This document shows positions 43,798-53,190 of a stretch of 64,000 nt of DNA, piece after piece. Within the stretch, counting starts at the first letter, position 1; each line of letters starts with the position of its first letter. The notes beneath the pieces were generated by a model. It was not told the DNA's origin, ran no database searches, and saw nothing but the letters and a program-made list of their open reading frames with translations. The DNA comes from an uncultured Gammaproteobacteria bacterium. GTDB taxonomy: Bacteria > Patescibacteriota > Microgenomatia > CAZETR01 > Amesbacteraceae. Position numbers and translations under genes: made by a program. Location of the stretch: contig CAZCXU010000001.1 in assembly GCA_964502885.1 (NCBI GenBank), positions 93,352 to 157,351 of the forward strand. Direction: 5' to 3'.

Positions 43798-46476
43798 TCA
43801 ATTGACAACAGATGACACATCAACGACGTAAAAGCCTTTCTCGTTTGGTTCAATATTGCCATATAAGGTAATGGGTTGTCCGGAACCATTATTTTTAGTG
43901 GCGGTAATTTTTACTCCAGAGGTTGTTTTTTCTGCTAATAGGTTGTAATTTCTGTCGCCGTTTTTAGAATAGCTGACATATATACTTGATTTGGTCTTGG
44001 TGTTGAAAAAAACGTAAGCATACATTTTGGACACTGCGGGGTTGGAATCGCCAATGATCAGTATTTCTCCTTCTTTCAAAAAGACCGGATAATCCAAACT
44101 TCCCGAGGAGGATGCAATTGGAACATATTGATAGCTTCTATCTCCTTCAAGATATTTGACACCCTTTGTACGGGGGTTGGAGATCAACGGAAGCCAGTTT
44201 CCTTCAGGAAAGTAGACATTCAGACTGTCTGCGTTTTTAACGAATACCGGCCTGACTAACAAAGCCTTGCCAAACATATATTCATTTTTGGGCTGGGAGG
44301 GACTTGTCATTTCACTGTACTGAGCATTAGCTTTGGGATCGTTTGGATAATCAAACACGAGAGGTCTCATTAAGTGAGAGGTTTTCTCTTCGTAGCCCAG
44401 AGAAGCGTAATCAAATGCATAACGTTGGAGGCGCTGTCTCATTTGCATATTCCAAATAACGATATTTTGTAAGTGTGTATCCGGACCAGTGTCGTTTGAC
44501 AGACTGCCAGTTCTAAGCCGCCAGTAGCCAGGGGAAAACATGGTGACGGGAAACCAGGTTGCCAGTTGGTGTTGTCTGACAAAATGGACTTTTTCGTTTT
44601 CGTCATAGTAGTTTGATATCTGGCCGTTGTCATACTTTCCGACAATACCCCAATTTGTTTGCAGGGGAATACCTGATAGGACAGTGTTGATTGCCATGTC
44701 TGTGCAGTACTTGAATTTATAGATATTGGTACTGACGGACGAATAATTCGGATCTGGATAGTGAGGGGCCCAATAGTCTGTCGAGGTGCAAAGATTGTAA
44801 AATGCATCAGTCTGCGAGAACCAGTTGTTTGGAGTAAAGATTAAAAAGTTTGAACCGTATTGTTGATAATAAGTTTCGAATGGGAGTTTGAAAGCGTCAT
44901 CCCTGTCGTTTTTCAGCTTGCTCCTATCAAATATTGGAGTAGGAGTCGGGGTCGGTTTTGCTGAGAGGTGGGCGATATATCCTTTGTTGTCTGAAACGCG
45001 CATATCATCGTATTTAAATCCGCCAAACGTTTTGTTTGGATCTGTCGATCCGTATGCGCTTTTTAGCAGGGACGTCCATTTTGTTACCACGTCCACATCA
45101 AATACGTTTAATTGATAGTGGTATTTTTGCTTGGTCGTCTGGTTGTAGGTGAAGGTATCACCGTTATAGTAAACAGCTGGAGTTTGAGGAGAGTTCGAAA
45201 CGGTCAACAGAGTCTTGTCTATGGGCATACCGAATTTTGAGGAAACCACGGAAATGTTTGAGTTGTTTATGTCTCCCGGTTGTATCTGCGGTCTCATCCC
45301 CAGAATTGGGATTATCCCTTTGCTTCGAATTTTTGAGAATACATCAGCCAGTCCTGATGGGAATCTGGTTGTATTTTGAGCAAAGGCATCTGTTGCGGCT
45401 GTAAGCATTCTTTCGTCTCCACCGAGCCTGCAACCCACTGAAGCGCTATCGCTAATTCCTTTCCACCACCCTGATCCCAAAGTAAGAGTTGAGAGCTTAA
45501 TATTTTTCGAAGAGTAAAGGTTGACTATGCTGTTGCTGGCGTCGATAACAGTGGAGGCTGTTGGAGCGCATCCAAGTTCCTGGAACGTTTCCCAATTGTT
45601 GCCAAACGTCGCGTACTTCGGTTTTACGTTTAAAAAATTATTTCTGTCTAGATAGGCGAAGTATTTTGAGTAGGCATCCGCAAAAGAGGTCCCCTTTATG
45701 ATTACCAGTGGAGCAGATGACCCCTCCGGATAGAGGTGGTGTTTTTTAAATACTAAGCAAGTTTTGCCTTGTGGGCAATTAAACGCCTCACTGGGATTTT
45801 TGTTTACATTGCGTGTCAGCCTTAACATTTTCACTTCTGGTTGGACGTAAAAGATTATGAGAGACGCACTTGGGATGCTAATAATAGGTGTTCGCCCCCT
45901 GATAGCGTCGCCGTTCCATAGTTCCATTGTTTGGGATTGATTGTTGGAAAGACGGTTGGTTATTTCGTGTCCAAAGCCAAAGTTGGTATCAAGGAAGTCG
46001 TCTAGCTCGGCTTTATTTGATTTGAAAGGTGTTACGCCAAGACCAAATATTTTTGCAGTTGTGCCGCTAATGTGGATTTCGTATCTATCCACTTCACATC
46101 CTGTGGAGCCTAACACACAACTGGAGGAGCCGTTTCTGACGATAAAGCTATTGTTTGCTCCCTTTTCTATTGTGGCGGGGGCTTTTAACTCATAGACGCC
46201 GTTATCGATTTTATTAACAATTGTGTTGGGGGGAGGAGTAATGACCGTTTGGGTGTCGAGTTGGGCCTGGTAAATGGTGGAATTACCGGTTATGGCCGCT
46301 TTGGTTTGGGAGTTTGTTTGGTTTTTTATTGAGACAATTGTCGCAACAAATAAAGCACAGAGACCAACCAGCGATACCAGTGAAGCGAACAGAAACTTTT
46401 TCCTGGTTTGTTTGGGGGGAGTTGAGATTGGTTGTGTTTCCTGAAATATTTCTGGTGGGTTTTCGCTTTGATCCAT
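43798..46476 (-). CDS. Large membrane-anchored/secreted glycoside hydrolase family 31-like protein
   Basis: N-terminal TM helix. The C-terminal half has RPLVFDYPNDPKANAQYSE...YMFGKALLVRPVFVKNADSLNVYFPEGNWLPL, which resembles the GH31 alpha-glucosidase distal region. Confidence 0.4.
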   Translation of the reverse strand: MDQSENPPEIFQETQPISTPPKQTRKKFLFASLVSLVGLCALFVATIVSIKNQTNSQTKAAITGNSTIYQAQLDTQTVITPPPNTIVNKIDNGVYELKAPATIEKGANNSFIVRNGSSSCVLGSTGCEVDRYEIHISGTTAKIFGLGVTPFKSNKAELDDFLDTNFGFGHEITNRLSNNQSQTMELWNGDAIRGRTPIISIPSASLIIFYVQPEVKMLRLTRNVNKNPSEAFNCPQGKTCLVFKKHHLYPEGSSAPLVIIKGTSFADAYSKYFAYLDRNNFLNVKPKYATFGNNWETFQELGCAPTASTVIDASNSIVNLYSSKNIKLSTLTLGSGWWKGISDSASVGCRLGGDERMLTAATDAFAQNTTRFPSGLADVFSKIRSKGIIPILGMRPQIQPGDINNSNISVVSSKFGMPIDKTLLTVSNSPQTPAVYYNGDTFTYNQTTKQKYHYQLNVFDVDVVTKWTSLLKSAYGSTDPNKTFGGFKYDDMRVSDNKGYIAHLSAKPTPTPTPIFDRSKLKNDRDDAFKLPFETYYQQYGSNFLIFTPNNWFSQTDAFYNLCTSTDYWAPHYPDPNYSSVSTNIYKFKYCTDMAINTVLSGIPLQTNWGIVGKYDNGQISNYYDENEKVHFVRQHQLATWFPVTMFSPGYWRLRTGSLSNDTGPDTHLQNIVIWNMQMRQRLQRYAFDYASLGYEEKTSHLMRPLVFDYPNDPKANAQYSEMTSPSQPKNEYMFGKALLVRPVFVKNADSLNVYFPEGNWLPLISNPRTKGVKYLEGDRSYQYVPIASSSGSLDYPVFLKEGEILIIGDSNPAVSKMYAYVFFNTKTKSSIYVSYSKNGDRNYNLLAEKTTSGVKITATKNNGSGQPITLYGNIEPNEKGFYVVDVSSVVN

Positions 46477-46587
46477 TTCTTACTTCGGTAAGCTTAGGCG
46501 TTGTTAATTTATATGTCAACCTTCCGCATTATTTGGACAGTAGAGAGTGGCGTATACAATTTGTATTCTAGTTTTGGAGATTGTTTG

Positions 46588-46659
46588 TGCCCTCAGTAGG
46601 AATTGAACCTACATCAACAGTTCCGGAAACTGCTACTCTATCCGTTGAGCTATGAGGGC
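46588..46659 (-). tRNA. tRNA-Arg (anticodon CCG)
   Basis: Minus-strand sequence GCCCTCATAGCTCAACGGATAGAGTAGCAGTTTCCGGAACTGTTGATGTAGGTTCAATTCCTACTGAGGGCA. Anticodon loop TTCCGGA. Confidence 0.7.
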
Positions 46660-46686
46660 CTTTTTGACGGATTACGTTTGATTTTA

Positions 46687-47886
46687 TCAGCATAATCTAT
46701 CGTAAATCTCTTCGAGAGCATCTGTCATGGAGTCAGTGGTATATTTCTGAGCGTCTTTTGCTGCCTGTTGGCCGATGCGTCTTTGTAGTGAGGTGTCGGA
46801 CATGAGTTTTTCAAGAAGGCCGGCAAGGGCTTCGGGGTTTTGTGGATCAACCAGAAATCCGTTGTAGTTGTCTTTGATGTATTCTGTGGGACCTCCGGTG
46901 TTTGAAGAGATTACTACTTTTCCTGTGGCCATCGCTTCCAAATACATGAGGCCGAATGTCTCGTAGAGGGATGGAACACAAACAATGTCGCTGCCAGCGT
47001 AATATTCTGGCATATCGTCGGGATCAATCGTGTCAATAAAACTGACGTTGGATTTGACACCTGTTTTAGAGAGTTGCGTGTCCAGTGAACTTTTTGCGGC
47101 GGCAACCACTTCGTTTCCGTAGACTTCATTGAAAATACTCACAAACTGATAATTGGTGATACCCTTTGTTGCCAAATGTCCGAGGGCATCAAACACTAAT
47201 CGGAGGTTTTTTTGTTTGTTCAGGTTTCCCGTGGTGAGACTGAACAGGCGAGCAGGGCTAAACAGAATGGTTTGATCAGGCAGAGTACGAAATTTTTGCA
47301 TAACGGGTGAAGGAAGAGCCGATGAAAACTTTTTTACATCTATACCGTTATAAACTGTGGAGATCTTTTTCGCATTTGTGCCCAATTTCAACCATTCGTT
47401 TTTTACGAAATTACTGACACAAATCAAGTGATTCCAAGGGAGATCGCGGAGCGGTTTGGTGATTTCAGGATCTTTTAACTGGGCGTTGTGGGCGTGTTCG
47501 ACAATGGGGAGCGAAAACCCTAGTAGATGAGAGAAAATTGTGAGGATATTATCGACACCAATAGATTTGTCTGCAGAGCCGGATGGGTACGAGCCATTGT
47601 GAAAGTGAATCAGGTCCGGTTTAAGCTGGCTGATGATCTTTGAGAGATCGGCACAAGCAGTTGGCTTATCAATGGGATTTCGTGAGTCAATATATTTTCT
47701 ACGAAACACCCTAATGCCAAAAATGTATTTCTCGTTTTCTGCCGCATCGCTAAGGACGGAGGTAAGAACCGAAACATGATGTCCCCGTCTGACCAATTCT
47801 CTGGCTTGGTTAAGAAGAATGGTTTCAGCGCCTCCGACTTTTGGGTAGAACAACCAACCAACAAAAAGGATCCTTTTAGGATTCAT
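46687..47886 (-). CDS. Glycosyltransferase family 4 (GT-B, retaining)
   Basis: Classic GT4 N-terminus (KVGGAETILLNQARELVRRGHHVSVLT) and C-terminal E-x7-E-type region. Confidence 0.7.
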   Translation of the reverse strand: MNPKRILFVGWLFYPKVGGAETILLNQARELVRRGHHVSVLTSVLSDAAENEKYIFGIRVFRRKYIDSRNPIDKPTACADLSKIISQLKPDLIHFHNGSYPSGSADKSIGVDNILTIFSHLLGFSLPIVEHAHNAQLKDPEITKPLRDLPWNHLICVSNFVKNEWLKLGTNAKKISTVYNGIDVKKFSSALPSPVMQKFRTLPDQTILFSPARLFSLTTGNLNKQKNLRLVFDALGHLATKGITNYQFVSIFNEVYGNEVVAAAKSSLDTQLSKTGVKSNVSFIDTIDPDDMPEYYAGSDIVCVPSLYETFGLMYLEAMATGKVVISSNTGGPTEYIKDNYNGFLVDPQNPEALAGLLEKLMSDTSLQRRIGQQAAKDAQKYTTDSMTDALEEIYDRLC

Positions 47887-48448
47887 AATGAAGATCGAGT
47901 TCTATTAAATCATTGTGAGAGAAATCCGGACGCGGCGAATTACCAATTTTTTCGGCTATCAAACGATTAAACATTGCATGACCCACCAATAAAACATTTT
48001 GATTTTTAATTTTTTTCAAAAATTCTTTGAGCTGGTTAATACGACTGATGAGCGTTTGAATATTTTCTCCGCCGGTGAAGCTCCAATCGTCAGAAATCAA
48101 TGATTGGGAGCGGGAATAGTCTTTGGGGAAGGAGTTGGCTGCCGCTGATGGGGTAAGGCCGCTAAGAACTCCAAAATCCACTTCGTTTAGCAAGGAAGTT
48201 TGTTCGATGGGAACACTTTTTTTGTATATTTTTTCCTGCTGGCGCTGAATGATTAATGCGGTGGCCAAACTCCTTTTTAATGTACTGCTGATTATTGTGT
48301 CGAGTTCGATAAACTCGGTAATTTTTTGGGCAAAAACTCTTAAACCCGCGATGCCGGTCGGATGTAATTCGGTATCTAACCTACTACCCGCAAAGACTCC
48401 GTTTAAATTGTGAGTAGATTTTCCATGACGGATCAGGAGAAATGACAT
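47876..48448 (-). CDS. Histidine phosphatase superfamily (phosphoglycerate mutase-like) protein
   Basis: MSFLLIRHGKSTHNLNGVFAGSRLDTELHPTGI shows the RHG catalytic motif. The start is coupled (TAATG) to the stop of the upstream GT2-HAD gene. Confidence 0.6.
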   Translation of the reverse strand: MSFLLIRHGKSTHNLNGVFAGSRLDTELHPTGIAGLRVFAQKITEFIELDTIISSTLKRSLATALIIQRQQEKIYKKSVPIEQTSLLNEVDFGVLSGLTPSAAANSFPKDYSRSQSLISDDWSFTGGENIQTLISRINQLKEFLKKIKNQNVLLVGHAMFNRLIAEKIGNSPRPDFSHNDLIELDLHYES

Positions 48449-49806
48449 TATTCGATTATAGCCAGTAATTCTGCCAGTATTTGGATGGTTTTGTCGGCAG
48501 ATTCTCGAAGTTCCGGCACAGTTGGCCTGTACGCAATACTTAATCCACATCGGGAGAAAATGGGAAGAATTTTGTTGTTTCCTGCTACGAAAATGGTTTC
48601 TGACGCCTTTACTTTTTGTGACTTTATAGCGGTGTCGAAAGCGCTTAGGAAAGATTCCGTGAGATTTCTTTTTAACCACTTTTGCGACTTGCGGCTAATA
48701 GCTCCCGTAAATTTGCCTTGTTTTGTCTCCAATATGACACTGTTCACATAGTGGGCGCCAATCTGTTTGGCAACCGCTTCGGCAATGGGAGAAAAGTTTG
48801 AAGTGATTATGCCGATGCGATATTTGCGTTTGATAAGCGCTCTTGCCACTTCTCTGGCATAACGAATTAGTTGCAGGTCCCTGGTAAGTTCTCTGACTTT
48901 GGAAACCTCGATATCCCTGAACAGGAGCGCGTTTTTTTTCAAGTATTCATCACCAGAGATTTTTTCGGAAATATATAGCTCGTGGTTATTGACAATGTCG
49001 TTGTGAATACCTAACTTGATGAGAAGTTTGCTGAGTGATGGTAGTCTGAGTAGGGTGTTGTCGAGTGTGAAGATAACCAGCTTGTATTTGTGGCGAATGA
49101 GTCCGGCACGGGAAATCATAGTTTCCAAAACTTGTCGACTCATTTCCTTTACTGTCTCGGCTGAATTGGCACGATTTACCAGATGACCAATGTCTACTTC
49201 TACAATGCGTTGCCCGGACTCTATCGCGTCAAAAAGTAGGCCAATGTCAACCCCGTATCGATCTGAGAATTCAGCTGTTTGCAGAAAGCTCTTTTTTGCG
49301 CATATCTGACCACTGATGGGTTGATTGAAATAAATACTTGGAAAAAGTATTTCCATCATGGGTTTGACCGCAAACTCAGTGACCCGACCTCTTTTTCTGC
49401 TAAATGATCCCCGTGACATATCAACTTCGTCTTTGAGAACAGGTTCGACGATTTTGTAGATTTTTTGACTGGTGATGTTGCCAAGATCTGCGTCCAGAAA
49501 AAGAACGACTTCATTTTTTGCTCTTTTTACACCAGCCAGCAAAGCTTTCCCTTTGCCGCGATTTTTTTCCAGTCTGTGGTAGATAAATCTGGGATCGGTC
49601 TGAAACTGCTTTACTGAATTTATTGTATCGTCGGTACTGCCGTCATCAACAAAGATAAGTTCGTCCAGGTAGGGAACTTTTAACAATTCATTGAGAACAT
49701 GGATGAACAGGGGGTTTTCGTTATAGGATGGGACTACCGCAGTAAATTTTGTGTAGATGAGCTGGCTGTCTGTGGTATTTTCTGGTTGGAGCGCTTCATT
49801 TGACAT
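48448..49806 (-). CDS. Fusion of a GT2-type glycosyltransferase (N-terminal) and a HAD-like hydrolase domain (C-terminal)
   Basis: AVVPSYNENPLFIHVLNEL...FVDDGSTDDT...LFLDADL are GT-A motifs. C-terminal ...IGIITSNFSPIAEAVAKQ...VAGNNKI resembles the HAD-IB fold, with a partly degenerate motif I (FTLDNTLL). Confidence 0.5.
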   Translation of the reverse strand: MSNEALQPENTTDSQLIYTKFTAVVPSYNENPLFIHVLNELLKVPYLDELIFVDDGSTDDTINSVKQFQTDPRFIYHRLEKNRGKGKALLAGVKRAKNEVVLFLDADLGNITSQKIYKIVEPVLKDEVDMSRGSFSRKRGRVTEFAVKPMMEILFPSIYFNQPISGQICAKKSFLQTAEFSDRYGVDIGLLFDAIESGQRIVEVDIGHLVNRANSAETVKEMSRQVLETMISRAGLIRHKYKLVIFTLDNTLLRLPSLSKLLIKLGIHNDIVNNHELYISEKISGDEYLKKNALLFRDIEVSKVRELTRDLQLIRYAREVARALIKRKYRIGIITSNFSPIAEAVAKQIGAHYVNSVILETKQGKFTGAISRKSQKWLKRNLTESFLSAFDTAIKSQKVKASETIFVAGNNKILPIFSRCGLSIAYRPTVPELRESADKTIQILAELLAIIE

Positions 49807-49949
49807 TGTGGCTAATTATAACAGTGATTTAATTGCATCACTTTTATGGAGTGATGACTAAATGTCTTTTGCTCTATGGGGTGTCCAAGTGCGAAGAATT
49901 TATGATTCTTCAAGTTTTGCGAATGAAGGTTTGTGCTGTGCGGGTACTG

Positions 49950-50037
49950 CGGAGAGGGTGGGATTTGAACCCACGAGGAGGTTTTGCCCCCTACAGCTTT
50001 TCGAGAGCTGCGCCTTCGACCACTCGGCCACCTCTCC
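49950..50037 (-). tRNA. tRNA-Ser (anticodon CGA)
   Basis: Minus-strand sequence GGAGAGGTGGCCGAGTGGTCGAAGGCGCAGCTCTCGAAAAGCTG...GTGGGTTCAAATCCCACCCTCTCCG. Long variable arm. Discriminator G. Confidence 0.8.
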
Positions 50038-50099
50038 TGACGTATTGTTCCTTCGACTCCGCTCAGGACTGCGACTTTTTGACTAATCAAAAGTCTTGG

Positions 50100-50171
50100 T
50101 GCACCCGACAGGAATCGAACCTGTATCAACAGTTCCGCAAACTGTCACTCTATCCGTTGAGCTACGGGTGC
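50100..50171 (-). tRNA. tRNA-Arg (anticodon GCG; unusual for bacteria, which normally use ACG/ICG)
   Basis: Minus-strand sequence GCACCCGTAGCTCAACGGATAGAGTGACAGTTTGCGGAACTGTTGATACAGGTTCGATTCCTGTCGGGTGCA. Anticodon loop TTGCGGA. Confidence 0.65.
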
Positions 50172-50224
50172 AGATTTTGTAACGTAGAGTGAATTTTATC
50201 ATTTCCATAAGTTAAAATTGGCAG

Positions 50225-51724
50225 ATGGGCAAAAAAGTAGTCTTTGGGTTGGGTTTATGGGTGGCGGTGTGGGCAAGCTTTTGGTTTATGGGGTGGAAGC
50301 TAATTGACCCTGATTTTGGCTGGCACTTACAGATTGGAAGAAAGTTTTTAGCGGGAGAAATGGTAAAAACTGATCCTTTTTCATATACCATGCCGAGCTT
50401 TCCGTGGATTGATCATGGGAGGGTAACTGATATGGCGATTGCATTTCTGTACGACGGGTGGGGAATGGGAGTCACGGCGGCGGTGTTTGCAGGGATTGGT
50501 ACGGCTGCGTTGATACTGATTATTCCTGTGGGTTTGTGGGTGTGGAGTGTGGTGCCGCTACTGTTTGGCTGGGGAGTATTGGTGATGCGGTCGGGAGTGC
50601 GGCCGCAGATGGAAGATTGGCTGTTTGTGGCGATTATTTGGCGTGCTGTTGAGGCCGGCAGGTGGAAGTTTTTAAGGTGGTTTTTGCCTGTTCTGTTTGT
50701 CATCTGGGTAAATGTTCACGGGGGCTTTTTGTTGGGGTTAATTATTGTGTGTGCGGGAGTGGCGGGTAAGTGGTGGAAAAAACGAAGAATTGTGATATCT
50801 GATGTGATCGTGTGGATACTTTGTCTGTTGGGGACGGGGATAAATTATTATGGATTCAGAATTTGGGAGGAGATTTGGTTGACGGTTTCGGATACGCATT
50901 TGCGGGGCTCGATTGTGGAGTGGCAACCATTTGTGACTCGGGTAGAACTGGGGTTGTGGTTGCTTGGCGGAATGGTGTTTTTTGCTGGTAAAAAGTTTTT
51001 ACGCAATTTATCTGCGAGCAGGTTATTAATTGTTGCAGCGGTGACGGCTGCCGGTTTATCTTCATTACGGCACGCGCCATTTCTAGTCATGATTCTGGTG
51101 ACTTTGGGGGCAGAAATATTTAAAAATTTTTATGATGAGATTAAGTCTGATAAAGAAAAGGTAAAAAGAGCGAAGGTTTTTTATGGTGTGCTTCTAGGAT
51201 TGGGACTAATAATATTTGCAATGGAGGGGGGGGTGACTTTGTGGAAAGCCGGGCGCGGCAGACTTCTAAATTATCCTGATGGAGCAATTGAATATCTAAG
51301 GAAAAGTGAGATTTCAGGAAGACTTTTTTCCACTTATTCGTGGGGAGGATATTTGATATGGAAGCTGCCGGAGCAGAAAGTGTTTGTGGATGGAAGAATG
51401 CCGAGTTGGAGGTGGAAAGCTCCGGAAGGAGAAAGCGATTGGGCTTTTGTGGACCATGAAAAAATTCAATCAGGGGAAAAAAGAATGGAGTTGTTTGATA
51501 AATATAATATCAAGACCGTGTTGTGGGCGAAGCCGGCAGAGAAAAAGGGGATTACTGCTTGGTGGCAGAAAATGTGGGGAGGGCGATCGCAGGTTGGATT
51601 TGATGAAGCGTTGAAAAGCGAAGGATGGAAAGTGGTGTATGAGGATGCTATATCGGTGGTATTAACCTATCCAGTACCAGTTGACAAAAAAGAGAGAAAC
51701 GAGACAGAGTCCCAGAGCGGATAA
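50225..51724 (+). CDS. Polytopic membrane protein, putative GT-C-type glycosyltransferase
   Basis: About 11 TM helices in the N-terminal two thirds, then a soluble C-terminal domain. Sits in a locus of glycosyltransferases. Confidence 0.3.
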   Translation: MGKKVVFGLGLWVAVWASFWFMGWKLIDPDFGWHLQIGRKFLAGEMVKTDPFSYTMPSFPWIDHGRVTDMAIAFLYDGWGMGVTAAVFAGIGTAALILIIPVGLWVWSVVPLLFGWGVLVMRSGVRPQMEDWLFVAIIWRAVEAGRWKFLRWFLPVLFVIWVNVHGGFLLGLIIVCAGVAGKWWKKRRIVISDVIVWILCLLGTGINYYGFRIWEEIWLTVSDTHLRGSIVEWQPFVTRVELGLWLLGGMVFFAGKKFLRNLSASRLLIVAAVTAAGLSSLRHAPFLVMILVTLGAEIFKNFYDEIKSDKEKVKRAKVFYGVLLGLGLIIFAMEGGVTLWKAGRGRLLNYPDGAIEYLRKSEISGRLFSTYSWGGYLIWKLPEQKVFVDGRMPSWRWKAPEGESDWAFVDHEKIQSGEKRMELFDKYNIKTVLWAKPAEKKGITAWWQKMWGGRSQVGFDEALKSEGWKVVYEDAISVVLTYPVPVDKKERNETESQSG

Positions 51725-52852
51725 AATAAAAAGGGGGAGGAAAGTTCGAAGAGAAGAAGTTTTTGTGGCAAGAAATATAAATAAGGGAAAGGAGACGCTT
51801 TGAAAGCGGGTAAATGCGGCCAGATCGCGAACTAACAAGGGGGTAAGAAAGATCGATAAGGATACGCCCCAAAGAACAAGGGGAAGGGTTTTACGGCTAA
51901 GATATAACAAGATGATCACAAAAAAAGCAACGAGGTTGTCAAGCTGGGAAGCGTGAACAGTATGGAAAGGTAGGTCTATTGTTTTCATAAGTAGTATGAG
52001 GTTGAGAATGGGGGCGGGAAGAACCATCGGACTGTACCAAACTGATTGGATGGCGAAGAAATAGATGGGATTATGTGCGGTTAAGTAATTGAATACCATC
52101 CAAACCAACATGGGTAGGCCGATGATTGTCGGATATACAACAGCCGTAAGCGGTTTAATTTTGGTTTCGACTATGGATTTAATCAGAATGAACAGGAAGA
52201 TGAAATTGACCAGAACAACTGTTCCTTTGGTTACATTTATCAGACCCAGCAGGATGGACGCGGGGAGGAACTTCTTTTGTAATAGGAAGTAGCTAAACCA
52301 GACAAGGAACAGCATTAGCAATGATTCCGCGTAATATGAGCGGAAAAAAATGGAAAAAGGGAAGACAAAAAGCAGCCAGGAAGCGCGTATGGCTATTTGT
52401 GGATTGTATAGCCTTGAAATTACAATCATTAAACTGAGAAAATTGCATACAAGAAGGATTTGAGTGAGGATAAAGGCGGCGAGTAACGAGTCTTTGAAAA
52501 TGACTTTGGTGAGCCAGCCTAGTAGTGGAAATGCAGGGAAAAAGGCATACGAAGGATTTTGCATAAGACTTTTGTCGTTGAGTGATTGCTCTGTGGGAGA
52601 AAACGAGTATCCAGAATCAATAATTTTTAAATACCATTGGGCGTCAAACTGGGCCATTCCGTGAAGAAGGTTGAAACCTTTTCCTGTGATGCGGGGATCT
52701 GTGAAGTAGTGGTGGGCATCATTGTGGTATGAAAAGCGGTTGAGGGGGATGAATGTGTGGAAAGTGCCGATAAAAAAGTAAAGAAGTGTATTGAATAGCA
52801 TAAATAACAAAGTGTGGCGAATCAGTATGTGTGGGGTTGGGGGGCCAGCCAT
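51662..52852 (-). CDS. Polytopic membrane protein (putative GT-C / mannosyltransferase-like)
   Basis: 396 aa with about 10 TM helices. Confidence 0.3.
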   Translation of the reverse strand: MAGPPTPHILIRHTLLFMLFNTLLYFFIGTFHTFIPLNRFSYHNDAHHYFTDPRITGKGFNLLHGMAQFDAQWYLKIIDSGYSFSPTEQSLNDKSLMQNPSYAFFPAFPLLGWLTKVIFKDSLLAAFILTQILLVCNFLSLMIVISRLYNPQIAIRASWLLFVFPFSIFFRSYYAESLLMLFLVWFSYFLLQKKFLPASILLGLINVTKGTVVLVNFIFLFILIKSIVETKIKPLTAVVYPTIIGLPMLVWMVFNYLTAHNPIYFFAIQSVWYSPMVLPAPILNLILLMKTIDLPFHTVHASQLDNLVAFFVIILLYLSRKTLPLVLWGVSLSIFLTPLLVRDLAAFTRFQSVSFPLFIFLATKTSSLRTFLPLFILSALGLCLVSLFFVNWYWIG

Positions 52853-52867
52853 GATAAAATTCTACAG

Positions 52868-53000
52868 CAGTGTGGAGTTGGTTTTGGAGAGGTCGCATAC
52901 AGGAGCCTCTATCTTCAACCTCGCGGTTGAAGTTTCTCCTGTATTACTTCCTCTCCTCGTTTCACTTGGAGAGGTCGCATATCAAACTTGCAGTTTGATA
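52868..53000. repeat. Upstream partial copies of the tRNA-Ser(GGA) 5' end plus strong hairpins
   Basis: GGTTTTGGAGAGGTCGCATA at 52871-52890 and TTGGAGAGGTCGCATA at about 52962-52978 duplicate the real tRNA 5' end plus flank (53095-53114). One hairpin is ATACAGGAG...CTTCAACC-tcgc-GGTTGAAG...CTCCTGTAT at about 52886-52935. Another is ATATCAAACT-tgc-AGTTTGATAT at about 52975-52998. Confidence 0.45.
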
Positions 53001-53100
53001 TAGCTTGCCGTGCTTTGTCAAAAATTGTAAAAATTTTTGAGTCGCAGGGCGCACTATAGCAAGCTATTTGACCTTATTTGTAATAAAATTTACTGGTTTT

Positions 53101-53190
53101 GGAGAGGTCGCATAGTGGTCTAGTGCGCACGCTTGGAAAGCGTGTGTCGCCGAAAGGTGACCGCGAGTTCAAATCTCGCCCTCTCCGCCA
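53101..53190 (+). tRNA. tRNA-Ser (anticodon GGA), CCA encoded
   Basis: GGAGAGGTCGCATAGTGGTCTAGTGCGCACGCTTGGAAAGCGTGTGTCGCCGAAAGGTGACCGCGAGTTCAAATCTCGCCCTCTCCGCCA. Anticodon loop TTGGAAA. Long variable arm. Confidence 0.8.

Noticed and set aside
49812-50192. Two overlapping ORFs on opposite strands (105 aa and 119 aa).
   Set aside because: The region encodes tRNA-Ser(CGA) and tRNA-Arg(GCG), so the ORFs are artefacts.
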